Positions 27,301 to 37,391 of a stretch of 64,000 bases of DNA are shown in pieces; position 1 is the first letter of the stretch, and every line of letters starts with the position of its first letter. The position numbers were made by a program, and so were the translations under genes. The stretch spans positions 1,952,001 to 2,016,000 of the forward strand of contig OZ257142.1 of the NCBI GenBank assembly GCA_965279035.1, read 5' to 3'. The notes below the pieces were generated by a model that saw nothing but the letters and a program-made list of their open reading frames with translations, was not told the DNA's origin and ran no database searches. Source of the stretch: Bacteroidia bacterium. GTDB taxonomy: Bacteria; Bacteroidota; Bacteroidia; M30B66.

Positions 27301-29088
27301 TTAATATTCATACTGCAAACGCGATAAATTCGAATATAAACCATTCGGTAATGCGATGAGTTCTTCATGTTTTCCGCTTTCAGAAACAACACCTTTATCG
27401 ATCACCAAAATTCTACTTGCATTTCGAATAGTCGATAAACGATGAGCTACAATAAACGTAGTTCTACCAACCATGAGTTTATCTAAAGCTTCTTGTACTA
27501 AGCGTTCTGACTCAGAATCTAATGAGGAAGTAGCTTCATCTAAAATCAAAATACTCGGATCTTTTAACACAGCTCTTGCAATAGCAATACGTTGACGCTG
27601 TCCACCACTCAATGTAATTCCACGTTCACCAACTATTGTTTCATATTTTTCTGGAAAGCTTTCTATGAAAACTCGAGCATTAGCTTTCTCTGCAGCACTT
27701 ATTACCTCTTCATTGCTCGCATCCGGTTTACCGTATAAAATGTTTTCTTTTATTGTTCCACCAAAGAGGATAACATCTTGTGGCACAATAGCCATATGAT
27801 CACGAAGTTCTGTTAGTGTATAATCGTTAGCATTTTTCCCATCAATCAAAATTGAACCGGAGTTGGGATCATAAAAGCGAAGTAACAATTGTGTAATTGT
27901 TGATTTTCCAGCACCGCTTGGACCAACAATCGCTATGCTTTCGCCGGGTTGTGCATGAAATGAAATACCATTTAATACCGATAATTCTGTTCGTGAAGGA
28001 TAAGAAAATCGAACATCCTTAAATTCAACTTCACCATTTAATCGTGTTGATACCGCTCTCGTTTCACGTAAATCGATGGATTCAGGTTTCTGATCAAGAA
28101 TTTCGAAAATTCGTTCTGTAGCTCCTACTGCTTTTTGAATTTGAGCATATAATTCTGCAATTCCACCGATGGATGCTCCAATAAATGAAGTGTAAATCAC
28201 AAACGATATGACATCTCCAAATTCGATTCCGCCGGCTTGCATTAAGATGGTTGCATACCAGATAATGGCTACGATTGCTCCAAACAAGGCGAAGATGATA
28301 AATGAAGCAAATAATCCACGCGAAAAAGCCGATTTCATTGAAAGTACAGCAATCTCTTTGATGGATTTTTGATAGCGTATTACTTCAATAAATTCATTCG
28401 CAAAGGCTTTCACATTCACAATGCCCTGCATCGTTTCTTGAACAATCGTATTGGATTCAGCAACACGATCTTGAACTTGTCTACTTATTTTTCGAATATA
28501 TCGACCGAAAATAATTCCAACAATAACTATTGCAGGAATCAAAGCCAACATGAATAAGGTTAATTGTGGAGATATATACGTGATGAAAATTAATCCTCCT
28601 ATGATGAGTATTAATTGACGTAAAAATTCAGCTAGCGTGGTGGTAAATGTGTCCTGAATTTGGGTGATGTCGGCCGAAATCCGAGAATTTATTTCACCTA
28701 CACGATTACTTGTAAAGAACGACATCGGCAATTGAATGAGATGACTATACAAATGCTTTCGAAGTCGAACTAGTGTATTTTCGGTTGTTTGGGCAAAAAG
28801 GTAAATTCTGAAAAAAGAAAAGAAGGCTTGAGCAATTAAAATTACAATTAGTAGTATCGCTTGTTTATTAATTGCTAGTGAACCACTTTCTTTGGCAGCG
28901 TTTACAAGGTCTCCAATAAGTATTGGAAATGCCAAAGCTGTAGCAGAAGTAAGCGCTAGAAAAATAAGTCCTGCAATGTATTTTCCTTTATCCGGTTTTA
29001 GATAACTGAATAAGCGGGTTGCTTTATGAAGTGAATTTCGGTTCAACTTTGCCTTAGGAAGGTCTTCGGAAGTATCTCTGCGCGCCAT
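27301..29088 (-). CDS. ABC transporter permease/ATP-binding protein (MsbA-like exporter)
   Basis: TM domain followed by Walker A GPSGAGKST, LSGGQRQR and ILILDEATS; start at ATG 29088 preferred. Confidence 0.93.
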   Translation of the reverse strand: MARRDTSEDLPKAKLNRNSLHKATRLFSYLKPDKGKYIAGLIFLALTSATALAFPILIGDLVNAAKESGSLAINKQAILLIVILIAQAFFSFFRIYLFAQTTENTLVRLRKHLYSHLIQLPMSFFTSNRVGEINSRISADITQIQDTFTTTLAEFLRQLILIIGGLIFITYISPQLTLFMLALIPAIVIVGIIFGRYIRKISRQVQDRVAESNTIVQETMQGIVNVKAFANEFIEVIRYQKSIKEIAVLSMKSAFSRGLFASFIIFALFGAIVAIIWYATILMQAGGIEFGDVISFVIYTSFIGASIGGIAELYAQIQKAVGATERIFEILDQKPESIDLRETRAVSTRLNGEVEFKDVRFSYPSRTELSVLNGISFHAQPGESIAIVGPSGAGKSTITQLLLRFYDPNSGSILIDGKNANDYTLTELRDHMAIVPQDVILFGGTIKENILYGKPDASNEEVISAAEKANARVFIESFPEKYETIVGERGITLSGGQRQRIAIARAVLKDPSILILDEATSSLDSESERLVQEALDKLMVGRTTFIVAHRLSTIRNASRILVIDKGVVSESGKHEELIALPNGLYSNLSRLQYEY

Positions 29089-29343
29089 AATAATAGATGC
29101 AAACCTAAACAATTCAGCTACTGGAATGAAACCCTGATAGAATTGTGACAGTTTGGTGACAAGAATTATTTTCAAATTTAAGTTGATGTTTTGATAGAAC
29201 ACCTCAGTGTATTTTTTGTTGTCAGGAAACTTGTCGACCTAAGTAAATGTTGACTAAAAATATGACATTTGCCATTGGTGTGAATTCGAATTTCTTCATA
29301 TTTGTATGAATAATTCAGAGTGAAATTCTTGAGAAATCTATCG

Positions 29344-30498
29344 ATGCAACGCGCAATTTTACATATGGATCTCGACAGTTTTTTTGTCAGCGTTGAGCGT
29401 TTGCGCGATTCCTCGTTAATAGGAAAACCATTAATTATTGGAGGATTGAGTGATCGCTCAGTGGTTTCATCTTGCAGTTATGAAGCGAGAGCTTTTGGTG
29501 TTCATTCAGCAATGCCCATGGTTCAAGCAAGAAAGCTTTGTCCACATGCTATAATTCTTGGTGGAGATATGCGGAATTATTCCCATTACTCATCGCTAGT
29601 TACACAAGTAATTGCTACTTCTGCACCTTTATTTGAAAAAGCATCAATAGATGAATTCTATCTTGATTTATCTGGAATGGATCGATTTTTTGGAACCTGG
29701 AAATGGTCGCTTGAATTGAAACAAACCATACTCAAAGAAACCGGATTGCCAATATCCTTTGCCTTGTCTTCCAATAAAACCGTTTCTAAAATTGGTACTG
29801 GACAATCGAAACCCAATGGAGCTCTTCACATTGAATTTGGAAAGGAAAAAGAATTTCTAGCCCCACTATCATTAAAGAAGATTCCCATGATTGGAGAAAA
29901 AACATTTCAGCAATTAAAACAAAAGGGATTTGAGTTTATAGCAAGTGTTCAATCAACAAGTGAGACCGATATGGAACGCTTATTTGGTAATCATGGTATA
30001 TACATTTGGAGGAAGGCAAATGGAATATGCACAAGCCCTGTACAATCATTTCATGAACAGAAATCAATTTCGAGTGAACATACATTTGAAGCGGATATCA
30101 CAGACATCCGCTATATAAAAGACTTGCTTACTGCGATGTCGGAAAAATTGGGTTTTAGTATTCGAAAAAAGAAGAAGTTAAGTGGATGTATAACGGTAAA
30201 GATTCGTTATTCAGATTTTGAAACTCAATCTCATCAAATGACTATTCCTTATACTGCTAATGATAATTCAATTCTCAAAGCAGCTCATTTATTATTCGAT
30301 AAATTGTATAAACCGGGAATGAAAGTTAGGTTAATTGGATTACGATTAAGTGATTTAGTTTCGGGCTCCTATCAATTGAATTTATTTGAGGATAAACCTG
30401 AAATTCATGATTTGTATGAAGCCTTAGACACAATTCGAAATAAGTACGGATTACGCCTCATTCAAAAAGCCAATTCAATTGGAAAAGGAAGACGTTAA
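29344..30498 (+). CDS. dinB: DNA polymerase IV
   Basis: HMDLDSFF, SYEARAFGVHSAM, ASIDEFYLD, KPNG, VRLIGL, QLNLF clamp-binding motif. Confidence 0.93.
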   Translation: MQRAILHMDLDSFFVSVERLRDSSLIGKPLIIGGLSDRSVVSSCSYEARAFGVHSAMPMVQARKLCPHAIILGGDMRNYSHYSSLVTQVIATSAPLFEKASIDEFYLDLSGMDRFFGTWKWSLELKQTILKETGLPISFALSSNKTVSKIGTGQSKPNGALHIEFGKEKEFLAPLSLKKIPMIGEKTFQQLKQKGFEFIASVQSTSETDMERLFGNHGIYIWRKANGICTSPVQSFHEQKSISSEHTFEADITDIRYIKDLLTAMSEKLGFSIRKKKKLSGCITVKIRYSDFETQSHQMTIPYTANDNSILKAAHLLFDKLYKPGMKVRLIGLRLSDLVSGSYQLNLFEDKPEIHDLYEALDTIRNKYGLRLIQKANSIGKGRR

Positions 30499-30530
30499 TT
30501 TATTAGTTGGATGTAATTTAATTTCTTCAA

Positions 30531-30944
30531 CTATTTATTATTTTCTACGCTAAGCTTAAAGTTATCAAGGATTGCTTGCCATCCAGTACGCTGTAATTCT
30601 TCGGAGTTAAGCGTTTCTGGATCAAATGTTTCGGTAACGATAGTTTGACCTTCTTCTTCATTAAAATCTACACGTACTTTTCTACCATCTCCAAGTTCAT
30701 AAGCGATATGACTATGTTCGATAATGGAAGTATAAATCCCTCCAAAATCAAAACTGAAAGAACCATCTTTTGCTGCCATAGTATAACTAAAATTTTCACC
30801 AACATTTAGATTATTTATTGCAGCTGGACAATGCCAATCGGGCGAAGCAAAATTCCAAGTCATTATCTTATCTGGATTAGTCCAATAGTGCCAAACTTGA
30901 TGAACTGAAGAAAGTATACTTGTTTTTACTGTAATAGCCGACAT
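30531..30944 (-). CDS. SRPBCC/AHSA1 family protein
   Basis: WNFASPDWHCP, MAAKDGSFSFDFGG, QRTGWQAILDNFK. Confidence 0.9.
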   Translation of the reverse strand: MSAITVKTSILSSVHQVWHYWTNPDKIMTWNFASPDWHCPAAINNLNVGENFSYTMAAKDGSFSFDFGGIYTSIIEHSHIAYELGDGRKVRVDFNEEEGQTIVTETFDPETLNSEELQRTGWQAILDNFKLSVENNK

Positions 30945-30970
30945 ATATTAGGTTTTTTGAAAACAGGATG

Positions 30971-30978
30971 CAAATATA
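30971..30978 (-). promoter_or_regulatory. -7 promoter element (TATATTTG) for the SRPBCC gene
   Basis: TAnnTTTG match 26 nt upstream of the start codon. Confidence 0.55.
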
Positions 30979-31157
30979 TTTGAATTTAGTTTTTACAAAA
31001 TATTCTTGTAGAACATTTTGTAAAGTAATTCATATAGATACTATTTCTATGTAGGTGATTATAGAAAATTCAATGATTTATATAAGATTAAATATCAGAA
31101 TTATTCTTCTGTTTTTATATAAAAACAAATTCAATTTGGAAATTATTCTTATTAAAT

Positions 31158-32537
31158 TCAAATGTTAGGTACTTCAATTCCACGTAGATTTCTATATAAT
31201 TTTAGCGCATAAATATCGGTCATTCCTGAAGCATAATCGATCATGCACATGGCTTTTTTATAAGGGGAATCTGTTTCGTTAAATTGAAATTGCGATGGTA
31301 GTAATCCTAATAGATTTTTTTGCATGCTATTGCGTTTTGAAGCTTCTGTAAGAGCAGCACCAACGAAATCTTCCAATAAACCACCCATTATTCTAAATCC
31401 AGCCAATTCAATTTTTACTACAGGTGGGTAATTATAAATATGTTTAATTGATCGTGCATTCAAGTCCTTTAATACACTTTTTGTTTCAGGATGAAATGAA
31501 ATTAAATCTCCTTCAAATTCACCTTTCATTATTGCATCTGCATTTTGCTGAAAACATTCGGCGCAAAGCATGGTTAAATAACTAATCGATTTAGCTCTCA
31601 AATAAGCAATCTTTTCATTTACATCATCCACTGAATTTAAGGTGTCATCGATTTTTGAAAGATCTTCTCCTTCTTTCAACATAACAATACGTTTAAATAG
31701 TTCAATCACTTCCTCTGTTTTGAAAATTCCCAGTCGGTGTGCATCTTCAAAATCAATAATTGAATAACAAATATCATCAGCAGCTTCCACCAAATAAACA
31801 AAAGGATGTCGCTTATATATTATTTCTGATTGACTTGATTCAGAGATCATATGAAGTTTTTTTGCTACTTCCAGAAAAGCTTCTTTATCGGTTTGAAAAA
31901 ATCCATATTTCGAGCGATGTTTAGGTCCTTTTTTACCTAATGTAGCTGAGGCTTCGCAAGGATATTTTAAAATTGATCCTAAGGTTGAATAGGTTAATCG
32001 AAATCCACCTTTTAATCTTCCGTTAAATTGATTAGTTAGTAAGCGAAAAGCATTTGAATTCCCCTCAAAATTTATAAGATCAGCCCATTCTACATCACTG
32101 AATTGATTTCGAAATGAATGATCATTTTCTTTATCAATAAAATATTTCGAAATGGCTTCTTCACCGGAATGTCCAAATGCAGGATTTCCCAAATCATGAG
32201 CTAAGCAAGCACATGCAATTACATTCTTGAGGTGATAACGATAAAATTCAACAGAATTCTCATTGGTTTTTACTTCATGAATTTCACTGATAAAACGTCC
32301 AATGACTTCACCTAAAGAGCGACCAACACTAGCTACTTCAAGTGAATGTGTTAAGCGATTATGAACGAATACTTCATCCGGTAAAGGAAAAACTTGTGTT
32401 TTATTTTGCAATCTTCTAAAAGCACTGGAAAAGATTATACGATCCCAATCACGTTCAAATTCAGTACGTTCATTTAGCGAAGCAGAATTTATTCCGAATC
32501 GTTCACCTGAAAAACAATTATTCCAGTTCATAAGCAT
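31158..32537 (-). CDS. dgt: dNTP triphosphohydrolase (dGTPase)
   Basis: FRRLQNKTQVF, HNRLTHSLEV, AHDLGNPAFGH, EAADDICY, SGMTD. Confidence 0.93.
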   Translation of the reverse strand: MLMNWNNCFSGERFGINSASLNERTEFERDWDRIIFSSAFRRLQNKTQVFPLPDEVFVHNRLTHSLEVASVGRSLGEVIGRFISEIHEVKTNENSVEFYRYHLKNVIACACLAHDLGNPAFGHSGEEAISKYFIDKENDHSFRNQFSDVEWADLINFEGNSNAFRLLTNQFNGRLKGGFRLTYSTLGSILKYPCEASATLGKKGPKHRSKYGFFQTDKEAFLEVAKKLHMISESSQSEIIYKRHPFVYLVEAADDICYSIIDFEDAHRLGIFKTEEVIELFKRIVMLKEGEDLSKIDDTLNSVDDVNEKIAYLRAKSISYLTMLCAECFQQNADAIMKGEFEGDLISFHPETKSVLKDLNARSIKHIYNYPPVVKIELAGFRIMGGLLEDFVGAALTEASKRNSMQKNLLGLLPSQFQFNETDSPYKKAMCMIDYASGMTDIYALKLYRNLRGIEVPNI

Positions 32538-32630
32538 GTATAAGCAATGGGCGAATATACATCAATGTTGTAGCTTGTTTATTGATTCTTTCTTGAATAT
32601 CTAATTGTCCATTGAAATTATTAATTGTTT

Positions 32631-33020
32631 TTATCGTAGTGTACTGTTTTTCTTCTTTGTAAAATAGCTAAGAATAAACAAACTACCTGATAAAATAAAT
32701 GGACCATTTATCACCAAAATAATCGATAAACTAATTCCAATTGAATGATTCATTGCATAGTTATGCTGAAATATAAATGGAATAAATCCTAATCCTAGAG
32801 TAGCCAATACAATGCCTCCCCATAATTCTTTTTTCCAAGCTAATAAAAGTATTCCCAGTAAAATAAAACAAGGAATCAAGTGAGTGAAGAAATGGTTTAA
32901 TTGAACTGCAAGTGATTCATTTGAATTAAATGCATCTGTTGCAAACATTCCTATAAAACAAATAGCCAAGATTGTTATGATTCTAGGTAACCAGTGAATT
33001 AATTTAATTGAAGAGTTCAT
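32631..33020 (-). CDS. Small 4-TM membrane protein
   Basis: Four hydrophobic segments, HWLPRI start; TACTTTTG promoter motif at 33038-33045 on the minus strand. Confidence 0.75.
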   Translation of the reverse strand: MNSSIKLIHWLPRIITILAICFIGMFATDAFNSNESLAVQLNHFFTHLIPCFILLGILLLAWKKELWGGIVLATLGLGFIPFIFQHNYAMNHSIGISLSIILVINGPFILSGSLFILSYFTKKKNSTLR

Positions 33021-33124
33021 GGCTTAGTGGTTTAAAACAAAAGTATTATTTACTAAATAATTGACAACACAAGCTAAAGATATTATGTTAAAATTGTATT
33101 GCCTATTTTCAATCTCTTCTATAA

Positions 33125-34975
33125 ATGAAACAGCTTTCTTTATTACTTCTTTGTTTGTTTACTCTTTCATTGCATAGTCAAACAATTACAAGGAAACTAC
33201 TATTTATTGGAATTGATGGTTGTCGTGCCGATGTATTAATGAGTTCCAATACTCCCAATATTCATAGCTTGCTCGATCACGCTGTTTATAGTACCGAAGG
33301 TTTGTGTGCCTATAAAACATGGAGTGGAAATGGCTGGAGTAGCATGTTGACGGGCGTTTGGCATACAAAGCATGGAGTTACTGATAATACGTTTTCGGGA
33401 TCTAACTATGGAAATTATCCTGATTTTATTCATCGTATGGAGGCATTTGATTCAACATTGAAAACTATTTCAACTGTACATTGGGGACCAATTAATTCAA
33501 CAATTATTCAAAATGCAGATGTTGAAAATATCGTTTCCACTGATTTAGAAGTGAAAAACAGTGCTATTGCTAGTTTAACCATTGATGATCCTGATGTTTT
33601 GTTTTTAGATTTTGATGATGTGGATCATGCAGGACATGGATTTGGATTTTCAGCACTATTTTCCGAATATGTTTCAGCCATTGAAACAACTGACGGATAT
33701 ATAGGAGAGATTTTAACTGCATTATATAATCGTCCGCAATATGCTAATGAAGATTGGTTGGTGGTTCTTACAACTGATCATGGTGGTAATGAAAATGGTC
33801 ATGGACGCGGTAGTATTGATGAACGAAGCATTTTTACAATTTATAATAATCCCGCATTCGTTGCCGAACAGTTGAATCGTGATAGTATTTCAACGACAAA
33901 CACAGCCGATGAACTTCAGTTAGATGCTGGAACTTATGCTCGTCCTATCGATCAAGCAGCTTTTGCTTTTGGTGCATCACAGGATTTTACTATTGAATTT
34001 TGGGTAAAACCTACTGATTATACGGGCGATCCTGCATTCATTAGCAATAAGAATTGGAACAGTGGTCTTAATACTGGTTTTGTTATTTCTGCTCAAGATG
34101 GAGAATTTTGGAAAGTGAATATTGGAGATGGTTCTAATCGTGCTGATATTGAAGGAGGTTATTTGCAACCAGGGCAATGGCATCATTTAGCTGTGAGTTT
34201 TGATCGTGATGGATTAATGACAGCATATGAAGATGGTGCCTTTGTTGGGTTTGAACACTTGAGCTCGATCGGAAATATTGATTCCGGATTGCCATTCACT
34301 ATAAATCAAGATGGAACGGGTAATTATGGTTTTGACTTCAATGGAACTTATCGCGATATTCGGGTGTGGAATGCAGTTATACCGAATGATTTATTAGTGA
34401 ATTGGGCTAATATTCCTGTTAATGCAACTCATCCTTTTTACACTCAACTTTTAGCCAATTGGAAATGCGACTCTTCTACTGAAACTCAGTTCACAGATGC
34501 TAGCCCGGCAGGACATCATTGTCCAATAACAGGGAATTTTTCATGGGTAAATAATCAAACGAACACGTTCACTGTATTTGATTATTCTGGCACATCTCGA
34601 GAACCCGATAATGCTGTAACAGCTCTCACTTGGATGTGTATTCCAATTGATACTGCTTGGAATTTAGATGGACATTCATGGGTGAATGAATGCGAGGAAA
34701 ATCCATTGATAGCAGCTAATTCAACAGAGCTGGATTTTTCAATTTATCCCAATCCGAGTAATGGACAATTTACAATTCAACGTAATTTTACAGGAAAATC
34801 GCAGCCTCAATTACGCATATTTAATTCCTTGGGAGAAATAGTCATCCAACAACAAATAAGCGCATCAACAACTCAAATTCACGATATTTCATACTTAAGC
34901 AAAGGCGTTTATTTGGTTCAGTTAGTAGACGAATTAACAGGAATTAAATCAACAAGAAAATTGATTTTGGAATAA
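33125..34975 (+). CDS. Alkaline phosphatase / nucleotide pyrophosphatase family protein with LamG domain and T9SS CTD
   Basis: IGIDGCR, TWSGNGWSSMLTG, DDVDHAGH, TTDHGG; FTIEFWV...WHHLAV LamG motifs; IYPNPS tail. Confidence 0.88.
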   Translation: MKQLSLLLLCLFTLSLHSQTITRKLLFIGIDGCRADVLMSSNTPNIHSLLDHAVYSTEGLCAYKTWSGNGWSSMLTGVWHTKHGVTDNTFSGSNYGNYPDFIHRMEAFDSTLKTISTVHWGPINSTIIQNADVENIVSTDLEVKNSAIASLTIDDPDVLFLDFDDVDHAGHGFGFSALFSEYVSAIETTDGYIGEILTALYNRPQYANEDWLVVLTTDHGGNENGHGRGSIDERSIFTIYNNPAFVAEQLNRDSISTTNTADELQLDAGTYARPIDQAAFAFGASQDFTIEFWVKPTDYTGDPAFISNKNWNSGLNTGFVISAQDGEFWKVNIGDGSNRADIEGGYLQPGQWHHLAVSFDRDGLMTAYEDGAFVGFEHLSSIGNIDSGLPFTINQDGTGNYGFDFNGTYRDIRVWNAVIPNDLLVNWANIPVNATHPFYTQLLANWKCDSSTETQFTDASPAGHHCPITGNFSWVNNQTNTFTVFDYSGTSREPDNAVTALTWMCIPIDTAWNLDGHSWVNECEENPLIAANSTELDFSIYPNPSNGQFTIQRNFTGKSQPQLRIFNSLGEIVIQQQISASTTQIHDISYLSKGVYLVQLVDELTGIKSTRKLILE

Positions 34976-34994
34976 TCATGTCGAATTATTTTTT

Positions 34995-36449
34995 TTATTT
35001 CCAAAACTCAGACATTTTCATTTTTTCTTTCGACAAACGTGTCACAAAAAAGAACTGATACAATTCCCAGAACCACACTCTGCGGCCAATACGCGTATAC
35101 CATCGCATAGCACTTCGCAATCGTGCTTCTTTGTGAAAGAATAAACGATAAACAGCTTTGGGTCGAGTTTGCATTATGATTTCAATGAGCTTTACATACA
35201 TTATTACTAACCAGGGTGGTAAATAACGGGTAGAAATTACTTGGTGTTTATAATCCCATTTTCGTTGATCAGTCAGAATGATTTCTTTGTCTTTAACATC
35301 CTCAAAATAAGGTGTCCATTTGTGTGGAGTAACATATAAAAGTTGCACCTGATCGGGATCGTAGGAAAGTAATTGTTTTAAGCTATTGTAAAAATCGCGA
35401 GTTTTTTCTTCACCAAATCCAACTACATACGTTGCCATTGATAAAATCCCATGTTTACGTAATAATTGAATAGCTTCTTTGTCTTTTGAAATTGTTCCGG
35501 CTTTTTTGATTTTTTCAAGGACTACTTCATCGTAATTCTCAATACCCAATAGAAAGCGCTCAAATCCTGCTTGCTTGGATAAATGAAGGAAATCTGCATC
35601 GCGTACAATATTATCAGCACGAATAGATCCAACCAAAATCAATTTTAGATTCTTCGCAATAACTGCTTCTAAAAAGGAACGCCATGCTTTTGGATTGGAA
35701 GATGGATTTTCATCTGCAAAATTGATAACCTCAATGCCATATTCATGATGAAGCATTTCAATTTCATCGGCTAATTTCTGTGGATCACGGTGACGCCATT
35801 TCTTCCAGAAAAGACTTTGTCCACAATAGGTACAAGGGTAGGGGCAACCACGCGAAAATTGAATTACTACTGCCTTTCGTTTTCCCCAATACGTGTAATT
35901 GTAGTCCTTCATTAATTCCCAAGCAATGCGGTAATCATCGAGGCAAGCAATGTTATCGGCTGCTGTGGTTTTAATTGCGACTTTATTGTTTCGGAATGCA
36001 ATTCCTTTGATAGATTCTAATGAAGATTGATCTTCTAAAGCCTTTATTAATTCAAGACAAATAGCTTCTCCTTCACCACAAACAATGAAATCTATTTGAG
36101 GCTGTGATTCTAGTATTTCTTTCCAATGGTATGTGGGAAAAACTCCACCAATAATGCATCGAATTTCAATAGATATTTTTCTAATTTCTGCTGTAATTTT
36201 ATTGATAATTGGCTGAGCTGAAGTGGAACCGGAATGTCCAAGAAGAATTGCATCTGGATTGCGTTTTAAAATTTCAGCAACGATAAATTCAATGGAATAA
36301 TTGTAATAATCGGCATCCAATAATTCAACCTGATGTCCCGCATCAATTAAAGGACCTGCTATAGATAACAATCCTAATGGCGGTAAATGTTCATGTGCTA
36401 AACGACTTCCAATTGATAAATGAGGTGGATTAATGATGAGTAAATACAT
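34995..36449 (-). CDS. B12-binding radical SAM enzyme, BchE-like
   Basis: PPLGLL cobalamin-binding N-domain, GGVFPT, SRGCPYPCTYC (CxxxCxxC), FADENP, WDYKHQV. Confidence 0.85.
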   Translation of the reverse strand: MYLLIINPPHLSIGSRLAHEHLPPLGLLSIAGPLIDAGHQVELLDADYYNYSIEFIVAEILKRNPDAILLGHSGSTSAQPIINKITAEIRKISIEIRCIIGGVFPTYHWKEILESQPQIDFIVCGEGEAICLELIKALEDQSSLESIKGIAFRNNKVAIKTTAADNIACLDDYRIAWELMKDYNYTYWGKRKAVVIQFSRGCPYPCTYCGQSLFWKKWRHRDPQKLADEIEMLHHEYGIEVINFADENPSSNPKAWRSFLEAVIAKNLKLILVGSIRADNIVRDADFLHLSKQAGFERFLLGIENYDEVVLEKIKKAGTISKDKEAIQLLRKHGILSMATYVVGFGEEKTRDFYNSLKQLLSYDPDQVQLLYVTPHKWTPYFEDVKDKEIILTDQRKWDYKHQVISTRYLPPWLVIMYVKLIEIIMQTRPKAVYRLFFHKEARLRSAMRWYTRIGRRVWFWELYQFFFVTRLSKEKMKMSEFWK

Positions 36450-36556
36450 TTTTTAATGAGAGTGTTTCTTTAGCCGCTGAGAAACGAGTAGGATATATAC
36501 TTATTGCTGGATTATTAAAGATTTGGGAATATTTAAGAAATCCTATTTATCAAAAA

Positions 36557-37336
36557 TTATTTTCCTTTTTTCAAAATCACTAAATGCTGGCGTTGTGGAG
36601 TATAATCGTTGATGTACTGCTTTCTTTTTTGCCATTTATTTTCGGATAGATGCAATTCACTTCCTATGGCTTCCGGATGATTCATAAATAATGTCAAGCC
36701 TTCAAACAGAAATTCCATACCATTTTGATTTGCAACAATTGTTGGAAAGAAATTCTTTTCTACTTCTTCTTGATTGTTCATTGCTTCATTTCTAACTTCT
36801 TTTGAAACAGCATATTTACTCGCTTCTATGCGCTGAATGTCTTCTATAAAGAAATAACGTTGATATACGAACATATCTCCAAATACTAAGAATTTAGGGA
36901 ATTCTGCACAGTATTGAACTGTTACGAAATCGATTTCTTCACCGTTAATAGTGTTTATTTTGCAAGGTAAAATAGCATCATCGCCCCATTTGCTAAAACC
37001 AATTCTTTCAAATTCAGCTTCAATTTCTTTAGGTATTTGTGATGATGTATGTTCCCATCTTTTCAACACTTCTTTTTGAGCTTCACTTACTTTGGTCCAG
37101 TAGGCTCCAATTGCATTGAATGAAGTATGGCATTTACTACAGGAATAAATCACAATCCAATTGATGTAAAGACTTACTTTAATGAGTGTGTTTTTTTTGT
37201 TTTTAAGAATATGACTCGGTAAAGGAAAAGTTCTTCGCTCTTCTTCAGTTAGATGAATTTCGATTGCATCTTTTTGCAAGCAAAATGGGCAGCCGATTTT
37301 TTTGCGTTGGAAGATAGAAAACATGGATATAATCAA
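36557..37336 (-). CDS. Hypothetical protein with possible Zn-ribbon
   Basis: 259-aa ORF containing CPFC and CSKC pairs; start uncertain. Confidence 0.6.
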   Translation of the reverse strand: MIISMFSIFQRKKIGCPFCLQKDAIEIHLTEEERRTFPLPSHILKNKKNTLIKVSLYINWIVIYSCSKCHTSFNAIGAYWTKVSEAQKEVLKRWEHTSSQIPKEIEAEFERIGFSKWGDDAILPCKINTINGEEIDFVTVQYCAEFPKFLVFGDMFVYQRYFFIEDIQRIEASKYAVSKEVRNEAMNNQEEVEKNFFPTIVANQNGMEFLFEGLTLFMNHPEAIGSELHLSENKWQKRKQYINDYTPQRQHLVILKKGK

Positions 37337-37391
37337 AAATTATAGCTACTTTCAAAATCAATTTAGGAAACTATCAAATGTACTATACTCT

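Noticed and set aside
31158-32537. Anti-phage dGTPase
   Set aside because: Looks like the ordinary housekeeping Dgt; no defence-island neighbours.
34995-36449. Assigning bchE and inferring phototrophy
   Set aside because: No other bacteriochlorophyll genes in the window; family resemblance alone is not enough.
36463-36485. SAM-II riboswitch upstream of the radical SAM gene (minus-strand GCGGCTAAAG)
   Set aside because: Only a short GTTTCT/AGAAAC hairpin; the 5' conserved GAUUU segment and pseudoknot partners are missing.
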